This document shows positions 10,301-20,142 of a DNA stretch of 64,000 nt, one piece after another. Position 1 is the stretch's first letter. Every line of letters starts with the position of its first letter. Source of the stretch: Amoebophrya sp. A120 (lineage: Eukaryota; Protista; Dinoflagellata); assembly GCA_905178155.1 (NCBI GenBank), contig CAJINV010000029.1:127863-191862 (forward strand), in the 5' to 3' direction. The notes beneath the pieces are model-generated. The model searched no databases. It saw nothing but the letters and a program-made list of their open reading frames with translations, and was not told the DNA's origin. The position numbers and the translations under genes are program-made.

Positions 10301-13300
10301 CTGCCTAGGTATAAAGCCAGCCGCCCAGTGTCGCGGGCGTGTTCAAGGCCCGAAGCAGTTTAGCACTTACGTCATGCAAATCGCTCTGCCTGAGCTACTA
10401 GCTACTGAATTAAATAAGTTCGCACGCTTCGAAGGTCGCCAGCTCTTTTGGTTTTTTTTTACTTGGGGGCCTCACTTCTGTGGGCGCCATAGTTGCACCG
10501 GAGTCCGGTCCGTCAGAGGTACTCTCGGAACACTGCTCGCCACTCGCGACAAGCGTATTCTCGGATATGCATTGTTGCCGCGGGAGAGTGCGGAAGCCTT
10601 GCTTCCGCTGTTCTCGGGAGTGAAGCAGCGCCACCTCGCCAGAAACGAGCAACCCCCTGCCTTGATATTATCAAAAGCAAACGTGTCTGGGCCTAAAGGG
10701 TTGGAGCTTGTGCCCCTAGTTTTGGGCTGTTGTGCAAAAAATCTCCATTGCGTGAGGATGGCGACTGTTGCCATCTGGAGAGGGCATCTGTCATGCGGAA
10801 TAGGTATCGAGAAGCCCGCAAAAAAAATCTGCGACTTTGTCATGCGGAACAGGTATCAAGTTCAGGAAGCCTACAAGAAAATCTGTGATGCTAGGGCATG
10901 CATCACTGACAGCATGGCTCACGCAACACGTGCATGACAAATTTCAGAATCTTCCAGACCCAGACATGTTTGCAGTTGATAGATATTCAACGACAACAAT
11001 TGCTGCGGCGCACAGTTTCCGTCGCTGACAGGGACCGCCACGGGGTCCGACGAATGGCGGCAAGCGGGCGAGCGTTTGACCTGGGGGCATGCGTGGCAGG
11101 CTTTGGGAGTGAAGTACAGCAAGGGGGACATCTTCCACGCAGCGCGGCGGATCTTGCGAGTCTGCTCCACCAGCAAGCGACACGAACAGTACGGCGCCTT
11201 GTGCGCAATGGTAAACTCGGCTTTCTTATCACCTGCCAAGATGTCTGGGTCTGGAGCTGCATGAAAAGCATCGATATGGCTGGGCTGCACATGTATGCGC
11301 TCTGCGCGACTCGGTTTGTCGTGCGGAGTGCATACATGTGCAGCCCAGACATATTCATGCTTTTCATGCAGCTCCAGACCCAGACATGTTTGCAGCCCAT
11401 AATTTCTGGTTGCGGACCCGGAGCGGGCGGCGGGCTTGGCCAGGGAGCTCGGCAGGGACCCGACCAACCGGGACCTCCGGGAGCATTGCGACCGCATTGC
11501 CCCGGGGGGGGCCGTCGTGTGGGAGCGGCTCAAGCGGTGCGTCCGCTATGAATTGCAAAAGTATCGCGCTACGCAATACAATGGCCATGGATATGGCATA
11601 GGCAAGGCATTGAGGTGGATAAGTATAAAGCAGAGCCCGCAGCATATCACTCACATAAATTAATAAAGCGCGCAAGATAGACAAAGGATAAAAGTGAAAA
11701 AGCGGAGGCTTTCAGTGGTATTGACATAGCTACGCGCTTAATATCGTAAGTGTTGGACTTTGAACACACCGGCCACACTGAGTGACTAAAGCTTCTACCC
11801 AGTAGGTCTCTCAATCAGCTCCAGCACTTCAATCTCTCAGCAGACAGGGCGAAAGCCTCTGGCTGTGTTGCATCCTGTAAAGGGAAGTCATTCAAATTCA
11901 TCAGCAAACTGTGACCCGGGCGGGGTCAGAGTCAAGTGCCTAAGCAGCATGGGAGTACCTCCCTCAATGATGTCGGTTTAGTGCTCGACCCTGGCGGGAG
12001 TCAACCCCCTCAGGATGGTCATTCTGAACTTCTAGACCGAGCGGAGTCCCTTCATTTCACTCCGATCGTGATGGCTTTGCCTTCGTAGTATTTGGAGGAT
12101 TCGGGTCAAATGGTGAAGAGGTTCCTTTAGGATCTAGCTAGTTCAGGTCATTTCGGCCTATCATTTCACTGGGAGCAGGCAACTCGGACCATCTTCAGAA
12201 GCTCCAGACATGGTTGTGAGAGGATTCTGATCACATGGCCAACAATAAGAGGCAATGGCGGAAAGCGCAAAAATGGAAAGAGATAGATAGCAAAAGGCTG
12301 AGACATCTGGGAAATGCCAACGCTTGAAACGTAGCGCACTCCCATAACCGCAGCACGGATCTCCTCAGCGTGAGAAGTTACGTCTTTGCTTCGGGCTTAC
12401 TTTAAGAAAAAGACTGGTAGGCGCATGATTGTAGTTATTACGAGTGCGATACTTTTGCGCAGGATGTCCGTTACTTCCTGACAACTCCGGGCCAGTCCAC
12501 ACAGACTGCGGCGCTGGACAAGGCGATATATGAATTGCAAACATCTCTGGGCCAGGCAGGGCGCAAGGCCTGCCGCGCAGGTTTTCCGTTCTGTGGTGCG
12601 ATCCCTGTCATGCCTCCCCTCGGTCTGAAGCTCCCGCGCAACTTCATCAGAGAAAAGCAGGCAACTTTTTGCAATCATTCAAGCAGCGCAGATTTTTGCA
12701 TGATCCAGCGGTCGCTAGGCGTCGATCTGCAGCTCCGCCCTCTTAGGTTCCCCATGGCCCTCCCTTTCCGCTTCTGGAAAGTGAAATAGTCAGCGCACTA
12801 GGTGTGCTTTCTTTTGCTTGGTATGTTTTTATTTTTGTTCTGGGCTTGTTTATTTTGCTATGCTTATTGTTGTATTTCCCTTGGAGCCTCTTGAGCTCTT
12901 TCAGACCCAGAGAGATTTGCAGTGCATAGGCCCATTTACCAGGCACTGGTGCAGCTCCGGCGGCACTGCCTCAACGGGTGCTTCGAAGATGTCCCGGCCA
13001 ATGCTCTCACCGGCGGCCCACTGGTGGAGCAGGATAAAAGTGGAAAGTTTATTTCTTCCCGGGGAACGCCCTGCGTATCCAGTGCAAAGAATGCGTCTGG
13101 GTCTGGAAAAGTGCAATGCTCCTTGTCGTGCTCGGCTAGTAAGACTCTCTCCAGTCTGTCGAGCGCGTTAATTGCCGAAAAGTCACACTTTTCTTTCATG
13201 CAGTGAAGCTCTTCGTCATGATGCAGAATGGGCACCGCTTTGGATAGAAGCGCAGAAGCTTGTCACTCGGAGGTTAGAACAAGCTCAGAAAATTGCTATG

Positions 13301-16300
13301 CAAAGCCCCATGTTGCTATGCCACTCCGCATTGCGTCAAGTTTCCAGACCTAGACAAATTTGCAATGCATATTGGGTGGAGAGTTACAATTGCGAGGCCA
13401 ACCAGATCGACGACCACCACTCAAAGACGCCGGACGGTTACGGCCACCGCCTCCGAGCTCTCAACTTCGGGTGGAATTTCCGCCGTGTCCTCGGATGGAA
13501 GTCGCGCGACGTTCTCGTCCTGAATGTGGAGCTCATGCGGTTGGCTCTGCTCGAAGGTTACCCCGCGGCAGACCTCGCGTTCTGGGGGTACTTGTTGGAG
13601 ACGCCAACACCAGCACAGCCCGTGGAGGTCTTTGGCGCGGATTACCTTTCCGCGCAGTACAATGGTCCCGGTTTGATTTGTGAGCCAGCACCGGCAGACC
13701 GTATGCGTTGTAAATGTGTCTGGGTCTGGGAGGGCCCGAGCTTGTCATGCTAAGTCTGGATTGTAAGTGCAAAAATTTGTGTTGCATGACTACCAGCAAA
13801 AGCTGTCCACTTTTGAACAAGTTTAGAGGCAGTTTCTCGTGCAGGGTAGGCATGATAGAGACGTCGCAGAACCTGTCATGCTAGGTTCTTCATTCGAAAC
13901 ATCATGGGGCATGGAAAATCTGCATCACAAGTTTGCACTCTTCCAGACCCAGACATATTTGCAATCCATAGACCGCCCAGGTCCGGCACCTTCATCCTCC
14001 TCATCCTCCTCTGTCCGAAAGCCGCTGCTTCAAGCCGTTCCGGAGATAGGCCCGGCACCTTCGTCCTCCTCGTCCTCGTTTGTCCGAAAGCCCCTGCGTG
14101 AAGCCGTTCTGGAGGTAGCCCCGGCATCTTCATCGTCCTCGTCCTTTGTCCGAAGGCCGCTGCGTGGAGCCGTTCTGGAGATAGGCCCGGCACCTTCATC
14201 CTCGTCCTCGTTTGGTGTTCGTCCGCCGGAGATAGGGAAGCGAGCCGTCTCGCTCGTGACACTTGCTGGCCCCGAGCCCACAGTGTCGACGGCAGGCGCA
14301 TCTGGGTCTGCGCGCACAGTATCGAAGTGAAATGTGTCTGGCTCTGGAGCGGTTGCGCCCGTTTTGCATGTCCCGCACTCCCGAGAAACCTGTATGGCGT
14401 GGAACAGCAAGACCTAGCGTCGCGATTTCCATTGCCATTCAGAGCACAACTTGTGATGCGTTCTGTGCATGAAAAAGCGATGGAGAAAAAGTTTATTTGT
14501 CATGCTTCCGGGAACTGAGAGCTGAATCGTGGCCATGCAGCTCGCAAGCGCCCAGACCCAGACACATTTCTAATGCATACACAGATGCCGAGGTGGATGC
14601 GTCACCTCCTGCTGCTACCGAGGTGGAAGCTTCTGTGGAGGTGGATCCCAGTGACATGCTGGACGACCAAATTTTTCCTCCGCAAATTATGACCGACGAC
14701 AGTGCAGCCGCTGCTGTGCCCTCCGCGGGCGGCATTGTTTGGCCTCGGAGAAACCGCGCGGCAAAGGCAGCAGTCGCACCCACGACTGCTGGTTCGAACG
14801 AACTCGCCAAGGGCTCGAAGCTTGGGACAATCAAAGCGAACTACGCCGCCAAAAACAAGCCCCCGCGAGTACTTCCCTTCGCGGCCACTTCCAAGAGACG
14901 GAAACTATCCGAACCGAGTCAGGAAGACCTCGATCTGGATGGAAGCCTCGAGGGCGACGCCTTTTGCGTGTATGAATTGCAAAAGTGTCTGGGTCTGGAA
15001 GATTGGAACTTGTCATGCTAAAGCCAAATCATGCAAAAATCTGTGTTGCATGACTGCCAAAAGCTGTTCTCCTTCGACCAAGTTGGGAGGGAGTTTCTCA
15101 CGCAGGATAGGCATGACAGAGACCTCACAGACTCTGTTACGCTAGGCCCTGCATTCCAAGCCTCATGGGGCATGGAAAATATGCATGAGAAGTTTGCAAT
15201 CTCCCAGACCCAGACATATTTGCATTTGATATCGCGGACATGGCGACACTTTGCGACCAAAAGCAGGCAGATGAAGCAGGACCGAACAAGCCGAAAATTG
15301 ATGTAGATCGCGTTCTGGAGCTCGCGAACATCGGTGGCGGTGCTGACCTGTCGGACATGGATGCCGGAAGTGAGCCGAACGCAAGCAGCAGCTCTGTGGC
15401 TTTACCTGCTAACACGCACCGGGTTGCGGTTGTTTCTGGCGTGGAAGTATCAAATGCAAACATATCTGGGTCTGGAAGAGAAACGCAGACATTTGCCATG
15501 TTGTTTTTGCATGACGCAAAAGGTCTCTCATGTAAGCCCTAGCATCACAGATCTCGAGAACCTTCCGCAGACGCAATGCCCAATCCGCATGAGAAAGCCT
15601 CTATTTTGGTGACAGGAAGTGGGCGCCTTTTGCTGCCTATGCGTGAGAGTTTTTTGTGTGTAGTTGCGAAATGCGCTGCACAAGTTCGCATCTTTCCAGA
15701 CCCAGACACATTTGCAATTGATAGGAAGCTGCGTCAGCGCCAGGTGGAAGCTTTAGCTTTGGGGTTGAGAACATACAAGGCCCGGCCCCTGCAAAGTCCC
15801 CGCTTCCTGTTACAACGATGCCCACGGTGGCCGCTTCGCTGAAAAGGCCGGCCGCTCTGGTTGCGGGCAGTCCGAGTGCCGCCAAAAAACAGCAGGACCC
15901 GAAGAAGATATCCGCTGCAAATGATATATTTCGGTCTGGACGATAAAAGAAAAAGCTGCAACTTGTCATGCGAAGGCACAACCCCAAAAAAACTTTGTAT
16001 AAACGCCAAAAGATGTAGATGCCCCGTTGCCGTTTCTGCTAGGCAAGGGGCGGATTTACCATGCGGAACAGGCATCACGAAAGTCCCGCAGAGTCTGTGA
16101 CGCTTCTGTTCGCATTCCAGACCATGGCTGTGGTCCACGGGATGCATGACAAATCCTGCGCTCTTCCAGACCCAGACGAATTTGCATTGGATACAAAACG
16201 AAAGTACACAACGACTACGCTTTCATCTCGCACGGCATGCAGATGCCGCTGGACCCTATGAAACACCCGGAGGTCGCGAAAATACTTCGGGAACTAGTGC

Positions 16301-19300
16301 AGGCGGACATGGCTCTTATGAATGACGCTAAGGCGCTCTACGTGGAGTACATGAAACGAAGCACCGCCGGCCCGCACACGAAACTCCCCGGAACGAATGA
16401 GAAGATGATTGGCTTTTGGTTGAAGGAACAGTTCAAAGGCGACAACCGCGAAACGCCGAAGGCACGTTTTACAATCTTCGGCACGCGCTTTCACAAAGAC
16501 CCCCACGGTATGGGTATGAACGGACAAAATACAACTTGGCCCCAATGCGACCATATGGCGCCACGAGAATGTCGCCGCTGGCTCCGAAGGCCGCCGCTGG
16601 CGCCGGGGCCGCCACTGACTTCTCAAGCCGCCGCTGGCTCGGAAAACCGCCGCTGGCCCGCCGGCCGCCGCTGGCGCCGGGGCCGCCGCTGACTTCTAGG
16701 CCGGCCCGCCGCTGGCTCGGAAAACCGCCGCTGGCCCCCTGGCCGCCGCTGGCGCCGGGGCCGCCGCTGACTTCTAGGCCGGCCCGCCGCTGGCTCGGAA
16801 AACCGCCGCTGGCCCCCTGGCCGCCGCTGGCGCCGGGGCCGCCGCTGACTTCACGGGCCGCCGCTGGCCCGGAAAACCGCCGCCGCTGGCCCCCTGGCCG
16901 CCGCTGGCGCCGGGGCCGCCGCTGACTTCGCAGGCCGCCGCTGGCCCGGAAAACCGCCGCTGGCCCCTTGGCCGCCACTGGCGCCGGGGCCTCCGCTGAC
17001 TTCTCCGGCCGCCGCTGGCATGGAAAAGAAGCCGCCGCTGGCGCCGGGGCCGGCCGCCGCTGACTTCGCAGGCCGCCGCTGGCTCGGAAAACCGCCGCTG
17101 GCCTCGCGGCCGCCGCTGGCGCCGGGGCCGCCGCTGACTTCACAGGCCGCCGGGGCCAGCGGCGGTTTTCAAAACCGCCGCTGGCCCCCTGGCCGCCGCT
17201 GGCGCCGGGGCCGCCGCTGACTTCGCAGGCCGCCGCTGGCTTGGACAACCGCCGCTGGCCCCCGGGCCGCCGCTGGCGCCGGGGCCGCCGCAGACTTCTC
17301 AGGCCGCTGGCTCGGAAAACCGCCGCTGGCCCCCTGGCCGCCGCTGGCGCCGGGGCCGGCCGCCGCTGATTTCTCAGGCCGCCGCTTGCTCGGAAAATAA
17401 AACGCCGCTGGCCCCCTGGCCGCCGCTGGCGCCGGGGCCGCCGCTGACTTTCCAGGCCGCCGCTTGCCCGGAAAATAAAAACCGCCGCTGGCCCCTTGGC
17501 CGCCGCTGGCGCCGGGGCCGCCGCTGACTTCTCAGGCCGCCGCTGGATTGGAAAAGCGCCGCTGGCCCCCTTGCCGCCGCTGGCGCCGGGGCCGGGGCCG
17601 GCCGCCGCTGCCCTCTCAGGCCGCCGCTGGCTTGGAAAACCGCCGCTAGCGCCGGGGCCGCCGCTGGCTTCTCAGGCGGGCCCGCCGCCGCAGGCCCGGA
17701 AATAAAACCGCCGCTGGCGCCGGGGGGGGCCGCCGCTGATTTCCGAGGCCGCCGCTGGTTTGAAAAACCCACCGCCGATGGCCCCCTGGCCGCCGCTGAC
17801 GCCGAAGGCCGCCGCTGGCTCGGAAAACCGCCGCTGGCCCCCTGGCCGCCGCTGGCTACAGAAAGTGAAAGCGAGAGGCCTCCGCCGGCGCCAGGGCCGC
17901 CGCTGGCGCCAAGGCAGGCCGCCACTGGCTCCCCAGACCGACCGCCGCTGCTGGCCCGCAGCGAGCGCTCAGGCCGTCTACGATCCGTAGACAGCCTGAA
18001 CGGCCGTGAGGGTATATCGTGAAGTCGTGAAATGCAGTAGGAGGAGGCGCGGCACAAACAGAGAACTTTTGAAGTTCCTGGATGTGTCATGCGCGCCAGA
18101 GGGGGGCGGGAACCCAAACCCATTGCGTTTCCACGCTACCGGGCACCCACGGCGCTGGGTATTGGGTTGGGAAAGATTCCTCCCCACCCAATGGGTGGAG
18201 AAGCAACCGTTTGGTGATTCGTTTTTTTTTTTGAAATTCCAAGCGGCTTGCTCTCCATCCTCTTGGTGCGGAAAGATTCCTCCCCGCCCAATGGCTGGAG
18301 AAAAAGCCGCGTCGGAATTTATTCGCTCTGTTTTGAATTTCCGAGCGGCGTTCTCACCAGCCGACTGCTGGGGAAAGATAAAGCAGGCCGCTTTGCGAAT
18401 TTGTAGTGCGGTTCTTCGCCACCCAGGGTGGCGAAAAACTGCGAAAAACCCCCGAGGCCCCCTCCCCCCCCCCCTGAAAAGTGAAGCCTCTACCCCGTCC
18501 GGGACGGGAAAAATTGGGAGCGGGCGGAGCCCCATGTGCTGCGTCATTCCCGTGCGCCGCTCGTTCCCGTGGCACTCATATGTGCTCGCATTCCTGTAGG
18601 TCAGGTCGTATTTTGTCCGTTCATATCCCACGGCGCACCCAGTACGGGAGGCGCAGCCGTGCAGCCGCCCGAGAACCGGGAACAGCTGGCGCAGAAAGTT
18701 CAGGGAAGTTCAGCCGCCTCGGGCGCCGCTGCGAAAAGGGACACGGCGAGCCTCGGCACGGGCTCGAAGGGGGCGAACCAGGCAGCGGCCGAACCGAACA
18801 GCTTGGGCAGCTCTACGAACGCTGGGCAGCCGGCTGGCGAAACCAGTGCTGCAGCTAAGTGGTCCCGCTGCAAAAAATGCGAAATGAAGAAACCGGAGTG
18901 GTACGACAAAAAAATTGGACTGACGAACCAGATAGACATCCCCGCGATGGTCCGTAGGGTTCAGGATGCCGGGAACAATTTCTTTCAAGGAGGCAAGGGA
19001 ATGTGTGTGCAGTGTATTTGGCACAAGGCGAAACAGCCGCCGTACGATTTCGCGAAAGACGACTACAGCGGCTTTAACACGACCCGGACGGCCGTTCTGA
19101 AAACCGCAGGAACACCCACCTGCCTGCTGACGCGTTTGGCCCAATACATCGAGTACGCAGTGCAAGAGTCAACGTGTCTGGGTATCTCTGGAAGACTGAG
19201 ACATGTGATGCTGGATGCGGATTCTAAAAAAGTCTGTGTTGCATGAGCAGCAAAAGGAGTCCAATTCTTGCTACCTGGGCAGAGCAGTTTTCATGTGTGA

Positions 19301-19982
19301 TAAGCATGAAGAAGCTCTAAGAAAATCTGTGATGCTAGGACCTGCATAGCAGACCTCACGGGACATGCAAAAAGTGCATGACATTGTTCCAGACCCAGAC
19401 GCAAACGCATTTGCATTTGATATCGACGACCGTGCCCGTGCAGCAATTGTTCCGCCGCCAGCGCAACCACCTGCGGGCACAAACGTTATCGTCGGACAGA
19501 ACGCTCCTGCACCCGCAGGGCCGCAATTCCGTGCAACTATTCCTCAGCCAGAAAACACGTCCGGCAAGTATTGCCGGGCCAAGGAGACAGCACCGGGAAA
19601 CGCGTGCACGAAGAAGCCCGCTGATGCTCCTTTGGTGTGGCATTGGAGTTTCTTGGTGCCGGGCGAGAAGGTGCCGCCGGCCTTCGACCTGTGTAGCCGC
19701 TGCAGATTTCACCGCACGCTGCGCGACATCATCGACGCGTCCGCGGATGGCGCCCCGGGTGCGGTTCTGGAGACCCTGCTGCAGAAGGTCCGCGAGTGCC
19801 ACCCAAATGCTGACCATTCTCGATTCCCCTCGCCTACTCGCCAGGACGTTGCGAAGCTCGAGACTTTTGCTAGAGGCGACACACCTGCGCAAGGGTACGA
19901 TGCGAAAAGATGGGCAAAACACAAACGGGCGCAGCGGGAGGTCATCTGGCAGCAGTACCAGAACTGCTTGCGGCAATGGTAG
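4373..19982 (+). CDS. DDE transposase (DUF6729-like, Mutator-type DxxH clade), ~1545 aa, 18 exons: 4373-4438, 4726-5288, 5553-5633, 5947-5968, 7486-7809, 10497-10668, 10987-11226, 11407-11546, 12472-12528, 12934-13075, 13377-13701, 13976-14319, 14585-14970, 15237-15447, 15729-15908, 16199-16508, 18634-19153, 19428-19982
   Basis: Exons sum to 4638 nt (1546 codons) with no internal stop found. Motifs appear only after splicing: LACPLVHEDGSAC...QC (Zn-finger-like), GEAVSWDCT (D, 7804), PPALIFNDNNCC (D, 10992), GDIFHAARR (DxxH, 11127), LREHCDRIAP, SSRGTPCVE (E, 13379), FGWN, EVFGADYL. Family assignment is from motif recall. Start ATG is tentative; boundaries can slide within each TSD. Confidence 0.85.
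4439..4720. mobile_element. Introner, family A (transposase intron 1)
   Basis: Perfect TSD CGCAC/CGCAC; TATCAAATAC...CACTTGATA. Confidence 0.9.
5289..5547. mobile_element. Introner, family A (intron 2)
   Basis: TSD GGAGG/GTAGG; join CPGG|GTKRF. Confidence 0.88.
5634..5941. mobile_element. Introner, family B (intron 3)
   Basis: TIR TATCCTGTGGAAAAACGTCCCCGCCCCAT / ATGGGGCGGGGACGTTTTTACTCAGCATA; flanks ACGTT/GCGCT. Confidence 0.85.
5969..7480. mobile_element. Large introner, family D (intron 4), with an internal family-E-like insert
   Basis: TATAATGGAAACAACTCT...CTCGTA vs TACGAG...AGAGTTGTCCCTTTTCCCGTTATA; flanks GTGTT/GTGCG; join LCV|GPSLSTLIR. Confidence 0.8.
6570..6930. repeat. Array of ~7 palindromes TTCGCCACCC-N3-GGGTGGCGAA
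   Basis: Copies near 6570, 6640, 6710, 6738, 6808, 6839, 6906; a related copy lies at ~18415 in element E. Confidence 0.85.
7810..10491. mobile_element. Large fold-back introner, family L (intron 5)
   Basis: Diverged TIR TATGAGGTCCTCAGA...AAAAAAACCAAAAGA / TCTTTTGGTTTTTTTTT...TCTGTGGGCGCCATA; flanks ACTGC/GTTGC; join SWDC|TGVRS. Confidence 0.8.
7887..10275. repeat. 48-bp tandem repeat arrays in inverted orientation (forward 7887-8195 and 8640-8925; reverse 8945-9440 and 9600-10275)
   Basis: Unit ~CTTCAGAAAAATTGCCCAGAGTGGNNATCTGTCTTGCAGCTTCCTGCC; a ~135-bp spacer is directly repeated at ~8504 and ~9457. Confidence 0.92.
10669..10981. mobile_element. Introner, family A (intron 6)
   Basis: Perfect TSD GATAT/GATAT; join PALI|FNDNNCC. 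Confidence 0.92.
11227..11401. mobile_element. Short, almost fully palindromic introner, family A derivative (intron 7)
   Basis: Arms complementary over ~80 bp; join SAF|LVADPE. Confidence 0.88.
11547..12466. mobile_element. Introner, family C, enlarged by a ~750-bp insert (intron 8)
   Basis: TATGAATTGCAAAAGTATCGC / GCGATACTTTTGCGCAGGATG; TSD TCCGC/TCCGT. Confidence 0.82.
12529..12928. mobile_element. Introner, family A, diverged (intron 9)
   Basis: TATGAATTGCAAACATCTCTGGG / CCCAGAGAGATTTGCAGTGCATA; TSD not preserved; join KAI|IYQAL in frame. Confidence 0.78.
13076..13371. mobile_element. Introner, family A (intron 10)
   Basis: Flanks CTGCG/TTGGG; join RGTPC|VE recreates the catalytic E motif. 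Confidence 0.88.
13702..13970. mobile_element. Introner, family A (intron 11)
   Basis: Perfect TSD GACCG. Confidence 0.92.
13980..14235 (+). repeat. Coding tandem repeat of ~66-69 bp (GPAPSSSSSSFVRKPLREAVLEI) x ~3.5
   Basis: Visible in the DNA and in ORF 13839; lies in transposase exon 12. Confidence 0.85.
14320..14579. mobile_element. Introner, family A (intron 12)
   Basis: Perfect TSD CACAG. Confidence 0.92.
14971..15231. mobile_element. Introner, family A (intron 13)
   Basis: Flanks GCGTG/TCGCG; in-frame join. Confidence 0.88.
15448..15723. mobile_element. Introner, family A (intron 14)
   Basis: Perfect TSD GGAAG. Confidence 0.92.
15909..16193. mobile_element. Introner, family A (intron 15)
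   Basis: Flanks GAAGA/CAAAA; in-frame join. Confidence 0.86.
16509..18628. mobile_element. Large introner, family E (intron 16)
   Basis: TIR TATGAACGGACAAAATACAACTTG / CAGGTCGTATTTTGTCCGTTCATA; direct repeat (CC)CACGG on both sides; join KDPHG|APSTGG. Confidence 0.85.
16573..17960. repeat. Very GC-rich compound tandem array built on CCGCCGCTG(G/A), with a ~78-bp higher-order unit
   Basis: Dozens of copies punctuated by GGAAAA and GACTTC. Confidence 0.92.
19154..19422. mobile_element. Introner, family A (intron 17)
   Basis: TSD TCGAG/TCGAC; join QYIE|DRARA. Confidence 0.9.
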
Positions 19983-20142
19983 GAAGACACGGGGGGACAA
20001 ATAGTAGCACGATGTGCGAAGCGCCAGGACCAGCAACAGGGCAACAAATACAGCTGGGCGACAACGCAAATACATCTCCCGGGTGGCTCGCGACAGCAGC
20101 CGCCGATCGTAGTCACCTCTCCCTCAACGTCGCTGCAGCAGT

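Noticed and set aside
16416-18123. Long Pro/Arg/Ala-rich ORFs
   Set aside because: They are stop-free only because of the GC-rich satellite inside element E.
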